A stretch of DNA of 64,000 nucleotides from Magnetococcales bacterium (GTDB lineage: Bacteria > Pseudomonadota > Magnetococcia > Magnetococcales > JADGCL01). This document shows, in pieces, positions 49,709 to 60,352 of this stretch. The position numbers and the translations under genes are program-made. The stretch covers positions 6,314-70,313 of the forward strand of contig JADGCL010000004.1 in the NCBI GenBank assembly GCA_015229005.1, written 5' to 3'. The notes beneath the pieces are model-generated. The model ran no database searches, was not told where the DNA came from, and saw nothing but the letters and a program-made list of their open reading frames with translations. Positions within the stretch are counted from its first letter, which is position 1. The number at the start of each line of letters is the position of its first letter.

Positions 49709-50209
49709 TCAGGCCACCTTTCGGTAGGCGGTCTGTTTCGCCCCGCAGACCGGGCAGTTTCCCGACGGTTCACCGAAGATGGTGTGGCCGCATACATCGC
49801 AGACATGCAGTGCCTCGTGATCCAGATCCCGACCGCTTTCCAGGGCGGCGATGGCCTGTTTGTAGAGGGCACTGTGGACCTTCTCCACCTCCAGGGCGTG
49901 GCGCATGCCCTGGGCGGCGCGTTTTTCGCCCTCGGCCTCGGCGGTGGCCACCATGCCGGGATACATCTCGTTGACCTCGTAGTCCTCGCCCGCCGCGGCC
50001 TCGCGCAGGTTGGTCAGGGTATCGGCGACGCCGCCCAGGTTGCGCAGGTGGGTGTGGGCATGGATGGTTTCCGCCTCGGCCACGGCCCGGAACAGGCTGG
50101 CGATGCCCGGATAGCCCTCCTGTTCGGCCTTTTTGGCGAAGGCGAGATATTTGCGGTTGGCCTGGCTCTCACCGGCGAAGGCTGCTTTCAGATTATCCTT
50201 GGTTTTCAT
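49709..50209 (-). CDS. rbr: rubrerythrin
   Basis: Start at MKTKDNLKAAFAGESQANRKYLAFA (ATG 50209). Di-iron four-helix motifs (ExxH) and a C-terminal rubredoxin-like CDVCG...CPVCG. Confidence 0.92.
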   Translation of the reverse strand: MKTKDNLKAAFAGESQANRKYLAFAKKAEQEGYPGIASLFRAVAEAETIHAHTHLRNLGGVADTLTNLREAAAGEDYEVNEMYPGMVATAEAEGEKRAAQGMRHALEVEKVHSALYKQAIAALESGRDLDHEALHVCDVCGHTIFGEPSGNCPVCGAKQTAYRKVA

Positions 50210-50312
50210 GATGGCGGTCCTGTTGTTGCGGTCGTGGAAGGGAACATCGGACGACGACGACACACCGGGTGAAACCCTGGTTTCCTCGATCCCGAAGCGA
50301 TGCAGATGGAGG

Positions 50313-50624
50313 TCAAAATGCCCCTGAGGCCGGGATGCGTGCCTCCTGTGTCAATGCTTCGCCACGCACCCGGTTACGGCCCTCCTGCTTGGCCAGGTAG
50401 AGCATGCGGTCGGCCATTTCCCAGAGGGTCGCGGGGCTCGATCCCGAACAGGGCCGGGCGGTCGCCACCCCCAGGCTTGCGGTGACCACCGGGGCGGTCT
50501 CGGAAAGACGGTGGGGAATCCCCAGGCTCATGATGTTCGCTCCGATCTTCTCCGCCAGCTTCAAGGCTCCGGCCAGCCGGGTTTCGGGGAGGAGGATGGT
50601 CTGTTTTCCTTCCGTGTTCGTCAT
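50313..50624 (-). pseudogene. C-terminal half of a GGDEF domain (103 aa), lacking the GGDEF/I-site half
   Basis: [57 protein letters not shown] matches only the post-GGDEF part of diguanylate cyclases. Its ATG (50624) overlaps the kinase stop (TGATG). The rest of ORF 50313-51494 is out-of-frame overlap with the kinase. Confidence 0.5.
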
Positions 50625-53600
50625 CACCCACTCCCGTTCCGAGGCGGCGCCGAGGCCAGGAACCTCTCCAACAGTGCCGCTGCCTCGTCGTATTCCAACT
50701 CGTTCATTCTCTCCCCGACACGGGAGAACAACTCCCTCGTCTCCGCCCCTCCGTGGTCGGCTTGGATCCTCGCCAGGAGTCTCTCCGCCCCGACATCGCA
50801 GGCTCGCAGCAGATCGCGCAACTCCACCAGGAGGTCCAGGGGAACGGCGCCACCGGCGGACCGGGCAGGAGTGCCCCCCCCGCCGGGAAAAATCTCCCGC
50901 AACCGGTGCGCCGCCATCTCCACCGGCAGCATGGCCTGCTCCAGTTCGATGGTCAACTGCAAAGCTGTTTCGATCTCTCCGTTGCGGCAGGCCTGCTCCA
51001 GCTTCCCGGCGATGGCGTATACCGCATTGGCGGAGATGTTTCCGGAGGAGCCCTTCAGTCCATGAGCCAGACGGAAGGCCTCCTCCATATTTTCCGATTC
51101 GATCAATTTCCGGCACTGTTCCGCCGCCGGAAGATGGCGTTTCGAGAAACCATCGACGAGCTGTACCAGGAGTTCGTGGTTGCCGCCCAGCCGGTCCAGG
51201 GCTTCGGCCACATCGAGGCCCGGCAGGGTCGCGGGGAAAGCCGGGGCTTCGGCCACATCGAGACCCGGCAGGGTCGTGGGGAAAGGGCTCGCCGCTGGAG
51301 CGGTTGCCCTGTCTCCCTGGTGCGCCGTGTCCGTCTTGCCCTTGGTGAGCCAGCGGCGGAGCAGTTTCTGAAAGAGGTGCGGGTCGATGGGTTTGGTCAT
51401 GTAATCGTCCATGCCGTTGGCCAGACACCGTTCTCTTTCCGAGGCCAGGGCGTGGGCGGTCATGGCGATGACGGGCAGTTGCTCCGCTCCCCACCTTTGC
51501 CGCAGGAGACGGGTGGCCTCCAGGCCATCCAGGTTGGGCATCTGGAGGTCCATGAACACGGCGTCGAAGCCTGTTGGTTCCCGGTCGAGGAGAATCAGGG
51601 CCTGCCGTCCGTCTTCTGCTCGCGACGCCACGACGCCGGCCATGGACAACAACTCCCGTGCCACCAGCCAGTTGATGTCGTGGTCCTCCACCACCAGGAC
51701 CCGGGCGCCGCCGACCCGGGCGCGGGTTTCCTCCCAGTCGGACGGGTCGAGGGCCGGATGCGTCGGCGTGGATGGCGCCTCGGACAGGCCGAAGGCATCC
51801 AGAATGGTGTTGAGAAGCACCGAGGGTGTGACCGGTTTGAGGAGGAATCCGTCCAGGGAGGCGGCCTGGCGCATGACCTCTTCCCTTCCGAAGGCCGTCA
51901 CCATGATGATCGTCAACGGGTTGGGCAGGTCGGGATCGCCCTTGATGCGTGACGCGGTTTCGAGACCATCCATTCCGGGCATGCGCCAGTCCAGCAGGAC
52001 GAGTCTGTAGGGCGTTTTTCCTTCATCCTGGGCACGTCGCAACTCCCGCAGGGCCTCCAACCCACTAGCCACGGTGGTGCATTGGAGGGCGAACTCCTCC
52101 AACAGACCGCGCATCAACTCCCGGGAGGTTTCGTTGTCGTCCACCACCAGGGCGCGGGTTCCCCGCCAGTGCTGAACGGGCGCCAATGGTTTGCTCTTCT
52201 CGTGTTTCTGGAGACCGAAGAGGGCGGTGAAGGAAAAGCTGCTGCCCTCTCCCGGCACGCTCTTCACGGAGATCTCCCCGCCCATCATCTCCACCAACCT
52301 CTTGGTGATGGTCAGACCCAGGCCGGTTCCTCCATGTTTGCGGGTGATGGAGGAATCCGCCTGAACGAAGGGACGAAACAGGCGGGACCTCTCCTCTTCG
52401 CTCAGACCGATGCCCGTGTCTCGCACCTCGAAACGAAGCATGACCTCGTTCTTCTGCCGCTGCTCTGCGAGCCTGGTGCGGAACAGCACCTCCCCCGCCC
52501 GGGTGAATTTCATCGCGTTGCTGCCCAGGTTGAGCAGGGATTGGGTCAGGCGCAGTGGGTCGCCGATCAGCAGGCGGGGCAACTCGGGGGGAGTGTCGAA
52601 AATCACCTCCACCCCCTTCTCCTCCCCTTTGAAGGCGACGATGGCGGAGACATTCTCCAGCACCTGGTCGAGATCGAAATCCGTTCTTTCCAGTTCCAAC
52701 CTGCCCGCCTCGATTTTGGAAAAATCGAGGATCTCGTCGATGAGTTGCAGAAGGGCGTGAGCGGCGGTCTGGACCTTCTCCAGGTGGTCCCTGACCACCG
52801 GGGGCAATTCTCCCTGGAGCAGCAGATATCCCAGGCCGATGATGGTGTTCATGGGGGTGCGGATCTCATGGCTCATGTTGGCCAGGAACTCGCTCTTGGC
52901 GGCATTGGCCCGCTCCGCCTCTTCCCTGGCTTGCCGAACCTGAAGGTCGCGCTGCTGAATGCGGTCGGCCATGGAATCGAAGGCGACTCCCATGGTCCCC
53001 AACTCGTCTTTTCCCGTCACTTCCGTGCGGGCGTTCAGGTCTCCCTGGGCAAGACGGGTGGCCACCTCCTCCAGATGCCTGAGGGGAGAGGTCAGACGAC
53101 GCGCGGTCAGGGCGGTCAGACCGACGATCATCAGCAGGCCCAGCATGCCGGACAGGAACGCCATGACCGATACGCGGTGCATTGGTGCGTAGAAATCGTC
53201 CTGATCGATCTTGACCACCACCCCCCAGCCCAGGTCCGGATGCAGCCGCAGGTGACGGAATGCGGCCATGACCGCAACGTTGCGATAGTCGTTCTCCTCG
53301 ATGACCCCATCCTCTCCCTGGGAAGCCAGGATGGCGGGTGGGCGCCGGACCCGGAACTCCAGAAGGGCGGCCCGACCGCCATCGGGCAGGGGATGGCGCA
53401 GGGGCGTGAGCAGCCGGGTCTCCCCGTCCACTAGAAACGATTCTCCGCTCTCCCCCAGAAAGCGCCGCGATTCCCGCAGGGAGTGGGTGATCATCTCCAG
53501 GTTGATCGTGATCACCAGGAGCGCCAACACCGGACCGTTCTCCTTCTGCAGGCTGATGGCCATGGGCAGGACAGGTTTGTCTCCGGAGGGCGTAAGCCCC

Positions 53601-54139
53601 ACCTGGCCCACATGGGCCCGGTGGGCGTGCAGCAGACCTCTCTCGACGAAAGCCGCAGAGAAGACCGGCGGGGATTGGGCCAGAGGACCCGCAGCCAGCA
53701 GCACGGCGCCGGTATCCGGAGCGATGAGATGCACCGCCTCGGCATTGGAGAAGGAGGCCACGACGCCGCGCAGATGATCCAGCACTGCGTCGCGATCACG
53801 TTCCTCGCCCCGTTTGCGGTACTTCTCCAGTCGTTCGAGCAGATTGGGGTCGTTGGCCACGAACTGCAGACGGCGCTGTTTTTCCTCGATACGGGCCAGG
53901 ATTTCCTGTTTGTGGTCCTCGGCGATCATCTCCAGGCGGGAGAAGACCTCGGTCCGCAAGGCGGCGAGTTGCCCCTCATATCCGGTGAGGGGAAGCCCCC
54001 AGGTGACCACATGGAAGGTGGCGACCAGAACCATGGCGAACAACAGCCCGAACTGGAACACCATGCGAAATTCCAGCCTTTGCCACCACCGCCTGGGGGA
54101 GCTGCCAGGTCCCGTCGGGGATGGAATGCCGTCACTCAT
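50624..54139 (-). CDS. hybrid sensor histidine kinase (periplasmic Cache-like domain, HAMP, HisKA, HATPase, REC, REC, Hpt)
   Basis: Start moved to the ATG at 54139 (MSDGIPS; ATGA overlap with the upstream binding-protein stop). Motifs: [17 protein letters not shown], two receiver domains ([18 protein letters not shown]), Hpt ([10 protein letters not shown]). Confidence 0.92.
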   Translation of the reverse strand: MSDGIPSPTGPGSSPRRWWQRLEFRMVFQFGLLFAMVLVATFHVVTWGLPLTGYEGQLAALRTEVFSRLEMIAEDHKQEILARIEEKQRRLQFVANDPNLLERLEKYRKRGEERDRDAVLDHLRGVVASFSNAEAVHLIAPDTGAVLLAAGPLAQSPPVFSAAFVERGLLHAHRAHVGQVGLTPSGDKPVLPMAISLQKENGPVLALLVITINLEMITHSLRESRRFLGESGESFLVDGETRLLTPLRHPLPDGGRAALLEFRVRRPPAILASQGEDGVIEENDYRNVAVMAAFRHLRLHPDLGWGVVVKIDQDDFYAPMHRVSVMAFLSGMLGLLMIVGLTALTARRLTSPLRHLEEVATRLAQGDLNARTEVTGKDELGTMGVAFDSMADRIQQRDLQVRQAREEAERANAAKSEFLANMSHEIRTPMNTIIGLGYLLLQGELPPVVRDHLEKVQTAAHALLQLIDEILDFSKIEAGRLELERTDFDLDQVLENVSAIVAFKGEEKGVEVIFDTPPELPRLLIGDPLRLTQSLLNLGSNAMKFTRAGEVLFRTRLAEQRQKNEVMLRFEVRDTGIGLSEEERSRLFRPFVQADSSITRKHGGTGLGLTITKRLVEMMGGEISVKSVPGEGSSFSFTALFGLQKHEKSKPLAPVQHWRGTRALVVDDNETSRELMRGLLEEFALQCTTVASGLEALRELRRAQDEGKTPYRLVLLDWRMPGMDGLETASRIKGDPDLPNPLTIIMVTAFGREEVMRQAASLDGFLLKPVTPSVLLNTILDAFGLSEAPSTPTHPALDPSDWEETRARVGGARVLVVEDHDINWLVARELLSMAGVVASRAEDGRQALILLDREPTGFDAVFMDLQMPNLDGLEATRLLRQRWGAEQLPVIAMTAHALASERERCLANGMDDYMTKPIDPHLFQKLLRRWLTKGKTDTAHQGDRATAPAASPFPTTLPGLDVAEAPAFPATLPGLDVAEALDRLGGNHELLVQLVDGFSKRHLPAAEQCRKLIESENMEEAFRLAHGLKGSSGNISANAVYAIAGKLEQACRNGEIETALQLTIELEQAMLPVEMAAHRLREIFPGGGGTPARSAGGAVPLDLLVELRDLLRACDVGAERLLARIQADHGGAETRELFSRVGERMNELEYDEAAALLERFLASAPPRNGSG
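51200..51285 (-). repeat. 45-bp in-frame tandem duplication in the REC2-Hpt linker
   Basis: ggcttcggccacatcgagRcccggcagggtcgYggggaaag occurs twice with a 45-nt period. Encodes [15 protein letters not shown] / [15 protein letters not shown]. Confidence 0.85.
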
Positions 54140-55302
54140 TCCGGGGACCTCTCTGTGTAGTCGAAGTGATCCAGGCGGTAGCCCACCGGATCGGCCATCA
54201 CCTGGAGTGCCGTTTGCCGCTGGAAACATTCCTGCAATTCCTCCGGCGAGGGGGGCACGGGCAGCTTGCCGTGGGAAGAGAGAAAATCGACGGCGCCGAA
54301 CAGCGGACCTTCGGTATCCAGGATTCGTTCCGGCAGGAGCGGCGCCTGCCCCAGATGGCGCAACGAACGAGCCACTTGCCGGGCGAGTTCCTCCCGGGAG
54401 AGTTCCAGGTCGCGACCGGTCATCCCGCGAACGGTTTTCCTGGTCCACTCCACGGCCCGCAAGAGGTTTTCCTCGGTGCGCTCCAGCCAATCCAGGGCCC
54501 GGATCTGGGCGGCGATGAGCTGACGCACGGCCTCGGGACGGCTTTCCGTGAACTCGGCGCCGAAATAGAGATAGCCGCGGGCCAGCACCCGGTGCAACAC
54601 CTTGCCGTTCCCCCGGCGTTCGGTCAGGGTCGAGATGATATCCCAGGAGGAGATGGCGTCGACTTCCTTCCGGATCAGCATGCCGGGAAGCTCCTGCACC
54701 TCGGCATCCTCGATGTTCACGTCGCCTTCCCGCAATCCCACCGTCTCCAGGGCCCGCAGGAGTCCGTAGTGGGCATTGGTGCCGAGGGAGACCCCGATGC
54801 GTTTGCCGCGCAGCTCGGAGACGCGCATCCACCGGCTGGCGATGAGGGAGGTGAAATCGAGTTCCACCAGGGTGACCACCCGCACCCGATCCAGGGCGCA
54901 GGCGGTGAGGGTCGGTATGTCGCCGCCGGTCCCACCTTCCAGTTTGCCGGCATGAAGGAAAAAATGGACCTCCGATCCCTTGAGGAAGGGATGGAAACGC
55001 ACCGTCAGGCCCATCCCTTTCAAGGCCCCGGTCAGCAGGAGATCATGGCGCATGGTTTCCATGACCAGACCGGCGGGAAACCGGAACGGTTGCATACCCA
55101 GGTCGATGACCGTGTCGTCCTGACCGAAGGCATAGGCGCGGTAGAGCGGGTGTTGGAAAAGATCTCCAGAGTGCGGCGGTTCTTCGGCCAAGGCCGGGGC
55201 CGCGACGAAAGCGGAGAGGATGGCCAGAATGCGACCGATCCCGATACGCCCCCGGGAGGCAGTCTGTTTTGTGGTCGTTGGCGGCAAGACTGGCTTCATC
55301 AT
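54136..55302 (-). CDS. periplasmic solute-binding protein (NMT1/SsuA/TauA-like), translationally coupled to the kinase
   Basis: Signal peptide ([15 protein letters not shown]), followed by a type-2 periplasmic binding fold resembling aliphatic sulfonate/nitrate binding proteins. The family call is approximate. Confidence 0.75.
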   Translation of the reverse strand: MMKPVLPPTTTKQTASRGRIGIGRILAILSAFVAAPALAEEPPHSGDLFQHPLYRAYAFGQDDTVIDLGMQPFRFPAGLVMETMRHDLLLTGALKGMGLTVRFHPFLKGSEVHFFLHAGKLEGGTGGDIPTLTACALDRVRVVTLVELDFTSLIASRWMRVSELRGKRIGVSLGTNAHYGLLRALETVGLREGDVNIEDAEVQELPGMLIRKEVDAISSWDIISTLTERRGNGKVLHRVLARGYLYFGAEFTESRPEAVRQLIAAQIRALDWLERTEENLLRAVEWTRKTVRGMTGRDLELSREELARQVARSLRHLGQAPLLPERILDTEGPLFGAVDFLSSHGKLPVPPSPEELQECFQRQTALQVMADPVGYRLDHFDYTERSPE

Positions 55303-55389
55303 TCGGGTCCCTGCTCCTGGGCGCCGTTCCTGTTTGTCGGCGGGCCGGTTGGCATGTGAACACCCGGGCTGGGGTGTACAAAACCCGGG

Positions 55390-58300
55390 CTAGCGGGTCA
55401 ACACCACGGCGCCGTCCTGGATGGTGATCGAGGAGACCAGGCCCGGGAAATAGTAGTCGACCCGTTGGGCGAGGGGAACCGCCTGGCCATCATCGGTGGG
55501 GGGCTGCCCGAGGTTCAGGGTCGCGTTCTCCGTCTCTCTCTCGGTGGCGAGGCTCTCGTCCATCGTGGTGTGGAGGAAATGTGAAGGGGGGGTGCTGCCG
55601 CCTCCGGAGAAAAACCAGAGACCGCCCGTCTTGAGGTCGGCGATGGCGTTGTTGTAGTTCGTGATCAGGGTGGCCAGGCCAAAGGTCACATCCGGCAGGT
55701 AGGAGGCGTTTTCATGCATCACCTCGACCACCGAGTCGGCCTGGTTGAAGCCCAGGACGCGGCTGTCGAGCGGGTCGATGGCGGGAGAGACGCGGATCCG
55801 GACAACGGCAGTGTAATCGGTGGCATACGGGGCCAGAAGATCGAAAAGGGTGGTGGCGGTCGACTGCACCGAAGCGGGCAGGCGGGCCATGATGGCATCG
55901 ATCACCCCGACCTCCAGGGTGGCGGTGATCAGGGTGGGTTTGATATCGAGGACGAGCTTCCTGACGACCTCGGTGAAGCTCTGGCTGAAGGAGCCGCCGG
56001 GGGTCAACTGATGCGCCGCCTTGCCGGCGATCAGCTCCATCAGGTCCGTTTCGGTGACGGTGACGGATCCTCCCGGTGCGGCTTCGGCAAGGGCCTTGTA
56101 GAGGCGACCATAGGTGGTCGGCGCGGCGGCGACGAGGGTCGCGACCGTCGGGGTCGCCGGAATGGTCGTCCCGGAAATACCGATCACCCGCAGCGTCAGG
56201 GCCTTCTCGAAGGTCAGGGCATCCTTGTCGGTGACCCTGACGGTGACGGTGAAGGTGCCGTGGACCGTGGTCGGTGAATCGACCACCTGGAGTGCGTCGC
56301 CGCTCACCGCGAAGCGCCCCCCCTGATCATCGGTCAAGGTGTAGGTGAAGCTCTCGCCGGCGTCCTGATCGGTGGCGCTCAAGGTGCCGATGGTGGCACC
56401 GTCAGGCCGGTCGAGGAGGGGGAGAAAATCATTGTCGATGGTGATATCGGTCGGGGCCTCGGGGAGGTCATTGACCTGGATCGTGAGATTCTGACTGAAA
56501 TTGCCCTGGGCATCGCTTGACTGGACCTGGAGCCCGAGGGTTGACCGGGTTTCGAAGTCCAGGGTGGTGCCGGCCTTGATGAGGAGGGTACTTCCCTGGA
56601 TGAGGAAGCTGGCCTGGTCCGTACCACCCACGACGGTATAGATGCCGTTGCCATCGGCGCTCAGGGTGCCCAGGACGACGTTGGCGCTGGTGTCGGTATT
56701 TTCGTCGACCTGGCTGGTGGAGAGGGTGATCGGTTTGGCGGCGGTCACCGAGATGGCAAAGGTTTGAACCTGGCTCTGGACCGGGGAGCCATCGTCGCGG
56801 ACGGTGATCTCGACCTCGAGGGTGGGCTTGCTGGCATGACTCAGGGTCGTGCCGGCGGCGATTTTCAGGGTGGCGCCGTCGAGCTGGAAGAGGCTCTGAT
56901 CGGCGCCACCGCTGATGGTGTAGGTCAGGGTCTGCCCCGTGTCCTGATCGCTGGCCGAAAGGGTGCCGAGGGCAGCGGCCTGGGAGAGATCGGCATTCTC
57001 GGCGATGGTTTGGCCGCTCAGGGCAAGCCCCGTCGGCGCCTCGTTGAGGTCGTTGACGGTGAGGGAGAAGGGCTGGACCAGGGAGAGGCCGCCGCTGTCG
57101 GTGACGGTGACCTCCACGGCCAGGGTATCCTTGACCTCGTGGTCGAGGGTGGCGCCGGCCACGACCTTGAGGGCATCGCCGGCGATCTCGAAGGTGGCGG
57201 CGTCGGCGCCGCCGGTGATGGCATAGGTCGCGGTGTCGCCCTGATCGGGGTCGGTGGTGGTCAGGGTGCCAAGGGTGACGGCACTGGTGGTCGTGGTGTT
57301 CTCGTCGATCCCGCTCGCCGAGAGGGCGAGCGCGGTCGGGGCCTCGTTGAGGTTGTTGACGGTGATCGACAGGGTCTGGTGAACGTCGACCCCGGTGGCG
57401 GTGACGATGACCTCCAGGCTGGGGTCGCTCTCCCGATCCAGGGTGACACCGGCTTTGATCCAGAGTTCGTCACCGTTCACGATCTCGAAGGACGCGGCGT
57501 CGGCCCCCCCTTCGATGGTATAGGTCCTGGCGACGGCGCTGCCGTCGTTCATCGTCAGATTCCCCAGGCTGACGGGGGTTGCGGTGCCTTCGTTGACGTT
57601 GTTGATGGCGACGTGGATGGCGTAGGCCACGGTGATCTTCTTGCGTTCGAAGGTCCCGGGATCCTTGGGTCCGTACCCGGCGGCGATGCTGTAGGTCAGG
57701 ACGAACCATTCGCCGCTTCCTTCGGCGACGGCGAAGGCCGGGGCATGCGAGCAGGTTCCGGCGCCGGTGGGACAGTTGGCCTCGGCGGCGGTCAGCCATT
57801 CGTCGATGACCAGGACACCGTTTTGGGCGAGGCGCAGGAAGTAGTAGTCGCTGCCGTTCACCGCCTGCCATTGGAAGAGCAGTTGCGGACCGGCGACTGT
57901 CCCTGCCGGGGAGAGGAGGGTTGTCGCGCCGGGGGCGGTGGCGGGGGGAACCAGGGTGAAGGCCAGGGAGGTCGAGGCGCTCCCGGAGGTGGTCAGGTCG
58001 CCGACGGTATTGAGTGCGGTGACTCTCCAGCTCCCGGCCCCCTGGGCAAGGGTGAAGGCTGGGGTCGAGGTACAGGTGCCGCTGCCGCTGCTGCAGCCGA
58101 CACTCGCGGCAGTGAGGGTCTGGGCGAATCCCGAACCGGTCGAGTCGGTCACCTCCAGGAGGTAATGGGTGGCATTGCTCACCGCGTTCCACCCGTAGGT
58201 GGGACGGCTTTCGGTTATGGCGCCGCTCGGGGATACCGGGGTCGGGGTCCCGGGGGTGGCGGGAGGGGCGGCGACGGTAAAGGCGGTCGCGCCGGAGGTG

Positions 58301-60183
58301 GCGCCGCTGACGGTCTGAGTGCCATCGTTGTTCTGTGGCAATATGGTCCACTGGTAGTTGCCGTTGCTCAAGGAGGTTGCGGGGGTGGTGGTGCAGGTGC
58401 CGCCGCCGGTGCAGCCGGCGGCAGCGGCGGTCACCGTCTGCTCGATGAGAATCCCACTGTTTCCGGTCACCTGCAGACGGTACTGGGTGGTGTCGCTGCT
58501 GGCGTTCCAGGTATAGGTCGGGGTCGCCGTGACGATGCTCCCCGAGGGGGAGACCAGGGTCACTGCGCCGGGCGTGGCAGGTGGCGGGACATAAGTGAAC
58601 GTGGTCGCCGCCGTGGTGGTGCCTGTGGTCGTCTGGGAGCCGTCGGAGTTGGAGGGGGTGATGGTCCACTGGTAACTGCCGGCGGTCAGGGTCGTGGCGG
58701 GGGTCGTGGTACAGCTCCCGCTCCCCGAAGAACAACCAACGGCGGCGACGGTGAGGCTCTGGTCGATGACGCTGCCGCCGCTGCCGGTCACGATCAGGCG
58801 GTAGTGGGTGGTGTTGCTGCTGGCATTCCAGGTATAGGCCGGAGAAGCCGAGGCGATGGTTCCCGAGGGGGAGGTCAGGGTGACTGTCCCGGGGGTTGCC
58901 GGTGGCGCGGTATAGGTGAAGGCCGTTGCCGCCGAGGCGGTGCCGGTGGTCGTCTGGGAGCCGTTGGAATTGGAGGGGGTGACTGTCCACTGGTAACTGC
59001 CGGTGGTCAGTGTCGTGGCGGGGGTTGTGGTACAGCTCCCGCTCCCCGAAGAACAACCGACGGCGGCGGCGGTGAGGTTTTGGTCGATGACGCCGCCGCC
59101 GCTGCCGGTCACGATCAGGCGATAGTGGGTGGTGTTGCTGCTGGCGTTCCAGGTATAAGCCGGGGAAGCCGTGGCGATGGCGCCGGAAGGTGAGACCGGA
59201 GTGACGTTGCCTGGAGCGGCGGGGGCAGCGGCGGTGACGGTGAAACTGGTGGCTGTCGATGTTGGGCCGACGACCGAACCGGCGCTGTTGAAGGTCGCGA
59301 TGGTCCACGAGCCGGCGCCGGTCGGGAAGGTGACCTGAGGGGAGACGCTGCAGGTTGCCTGGCCGCTGGCACAGGATGCTTCGCTGGTGCTGTACCATTT
59401 ATCGATCAGTTTGCCGTTGGCGCCGGAGGCCACGACTCGATAATGGGTGGTGTTGGCGGCCGAACTCCAGGTGAAGCTAGGCACGGTTTCGGTGATGGCG
59501 CCACTCGGGCTCTGGGGGGTGGCCGATCCCGGGGTGGACGCCTGGCTGGAGACGGTGAAGGAGAGCCACTGGATGGAGCCGGGCGCGGTGGGACCGTAGC
59601 CGCCGGCGCCATAGGTGAGGACGTACCAGGAGTAGTTGCCGGCGGCAAGAGTGATCCCCGGGGTCGCTGCACAGACGCCGGTCGTCCCGGGGCATCCGGC
59701 TTGTGCGCCGGTGTACCAGGATTGGATCACCATGGCATTGGTGGTCTTGTTCTTGACGCCGAGGAAGTAGTGGGTGGCGTTGCTGGTGGCGTTCCACCGA
59801 TAGGTGGCGGAACCCTGACCGGCGGCGAGAGTGCCACTGGGGGAGACGAGGGTGACGGCGGTCGGGGGGGTGGCGGCGCCGGCGGGCAGGCTCGGGAGGA
59901 GGAGTGCCAGGAACAAGAGCGCAAGGAACCCTGCCCATGAAACCGGGGTATTTGCGGGGGGATCGCTCCCCCGAGGGTTCCGGGACTTCACGGACCGGAC
60001 CCTGTCGGGCGGGTAGCGTTCTACCGAGCCCTCTGAACCGAACGGGCGATTTTTCCGCACGCGGTTCTCCGGTTGGCGGTTTTCCAGATCCTGCCCCGAG
60101 CTCTTCGGCCTGGGGGGTGGGGGCCGACCGAGCCGGGGGCCCCCGAACGGTGGAGAGGAGGCAAGAGCGGTGCCGACGGTCAT
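55390..60183 (-). CDS. giant secreted repeat protein: 7 Cys-pair modules of about 107 aa, about 5 cadherin-like repeats, and an unassigned C-terminal domain
   Basis: Signal-like FLALLFLALLLPSLPAGAA; a GTG at 59991 is an alternative start. Seven modules share SPSG..Y.W....(T/D)HY...C..G.G.C...P......G.Y.W. Cadherin-type junctions VNNLNEAPT, VNDLNEAPT and VNDLPEAPT, with D.D.G and LD.E motifs. Confidence 0.85.
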   Translation of the reverse strand: MTVGTALASSPPFGGPRLGRPPPPRPKSSGQDLENRQPENRVRKNRPFGSEGSVERYPPDRVRSVKSRNPRGSDPPANTPVSWAGFLALLFLALLLPSLPAGAATPPTAVTLVSPSGTLAAGQGSATYRWNATSNATHYFLGVKNKTTNAMVIQSWYTGAQAGCPGTTGVCAATPGITLAAGNYSWYVLTYGAGGYGPTAPGSIQWLSFTVSSQASTPGSATPQSPSGAITETVPSFTWSSAANTTHYRVVASGANGKLIDKWYSTSEASCASGQATCSVSPQVTFPTGAGSWTIATFNSAGSVVGPTSTATSFTVTAAAPAAPGNVTPVSPSGAIATASPAYTWNASSNTTHYRLIVTGSGGGVIDQNLTAAAVGCSSGSGSCTTTPATTLTTGSYQWTVTPSNSNGSQTTTGTASAATAFTYTAPPATPGTVTLTSPSGTIASASPAYTWNASSNTTHYRLIVTGSGGSVIDQSLTVAAVGCSSGSGSCTTTPATTLTAGSYQWTITPSNSDGSQTTTGTTTAATTFTYVPPPATPGAVTLVSPSGSIVTATPTYTWNASSDTTQYRLQVTGNSGILIEQTVTAAAAGCTGGGTCTTTPATSLSNGNYQWTILPQNNDGTQTVSGATSGATAFTVAAPPATPGTPTPVSPSGAITESRPTYGWNAVSNATHYLLEVTDSTGSGFAQTLTAASVGCSSGSGTCTSTPAFTLAQGAGSWRVTALNTVGDLTTSGSASTSLAFTLVPPATAPGATTLLSPAGTVAGPQLLFQWQAVNGSDYYFLRLAQNGVLVIDEWLTAAEANCPTGAGTCSHAPAFAVAEGSGEWFVLTYSIAAGYGPKDPGTFERKKITVAYAIHVAINNVNEGTATPVSLGNLTMNDGSAVARTYTIEGGADAASFEIVNGDELWIKAGVTLDRESDPSLEVIVTATGVDVHQTLSITVNNLNEAPTALALSASGIDENTTTTSAVTLGTLTTTDPDQGDTATYAITGGADAATFEIAGDALKVVAGATLDHEVKDTLAVEVTVTDSGGLSLVQPFSLTVNDLNEAPTGLALSGQTIAENADLSQAAALGTLSASDQDTGQTLTYTISGGADQSLFQLDGATLKIAAGTTLSHASKPTLEVEITVRDDGSPVQSQVQTFAISVTAAKPITLSTSQVDENTDTSANVVLGTLSADGNGIYTVVGGTDQASFLIQGSTLLIKAGTTLDFETRSTLGLQVQSSDAQGNFSQNLTIQVNDLPEAPTDITIDNDFLPLLDRPDGATIGTLSATDQDAGESFTYTLTDDQGGRFAVSGDALQVVDSPTTVHGTFTVTVRVTDKDALTFEKALTLRVIGISGTTIPATPTVATLVAAAPTTYGRLYKALAEAAPGGSVTVTETDLMELIAGKAAHQLTPGGSFSQSFTEVVRKLVLDIKPTLITATLEVGVIDAIMARLPASVQSTATTLFDLLAPYATDYTAVVRIRVSPAIDPLDSRVLGFNQADSVVEVMHENASYLPDVTFGLATLITNYNNAIADLKTGGLWFFSGGGSTPPSHFLHTTMDESLATERETENATLNLGQPPTDDGQAVPLAQRVDYYFPGLVSSITIQDGAVVLTR
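57625..59871 (-). repeat. coding tandem repeat array, period about 321 bp; copies 3 and 4 (58585-59223) are nearly identical
   Basis: tagtgggtggtgttgctgctggc recurs at 58802 and 59123, with a diverged copy at about 58482. Protein copies 3 and 4 differ at only a handful of residues. Confidence 0.85.
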
Positions 60184-60352
60184 CCTGTTCTGCGGATTGT
60201 TCGTAACTAATTATTTTTAATAGTAAAATCAAGAACCGTCGGTTGCCCGCCCCGCCGCCGTCTTTCCCCATTTCCGGGGAACTTCGCGCCGATACCGGAC
60301 GAGAGAGGCAACCTCTTCTCCGCTGGCAGGAAAAGTCTGCCACATCCTCTCA

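Noticed and set aside
56764-59398. 809-aa plus-strand and 642-aa minus-strand ORFs inside the giant repeat-protein gene
   Set aside because: They are Gly/Arg/Asp- or Arg/Pro/His-rich alternative frames of the repeat array. Only the 55390-60183 frame gives coherent modules with conserved Cys/Trp/Tyr positions and cadherin junction motifs.
57625-59871. Possible CRISPR array, suggested by regular repeats
   Set aside because: The period is about 321 bp and in frame within a long ORF. There is no short repeat/spacer architecture and no cas genes. The 30-bp array at 13119-13230 has no spacers either.
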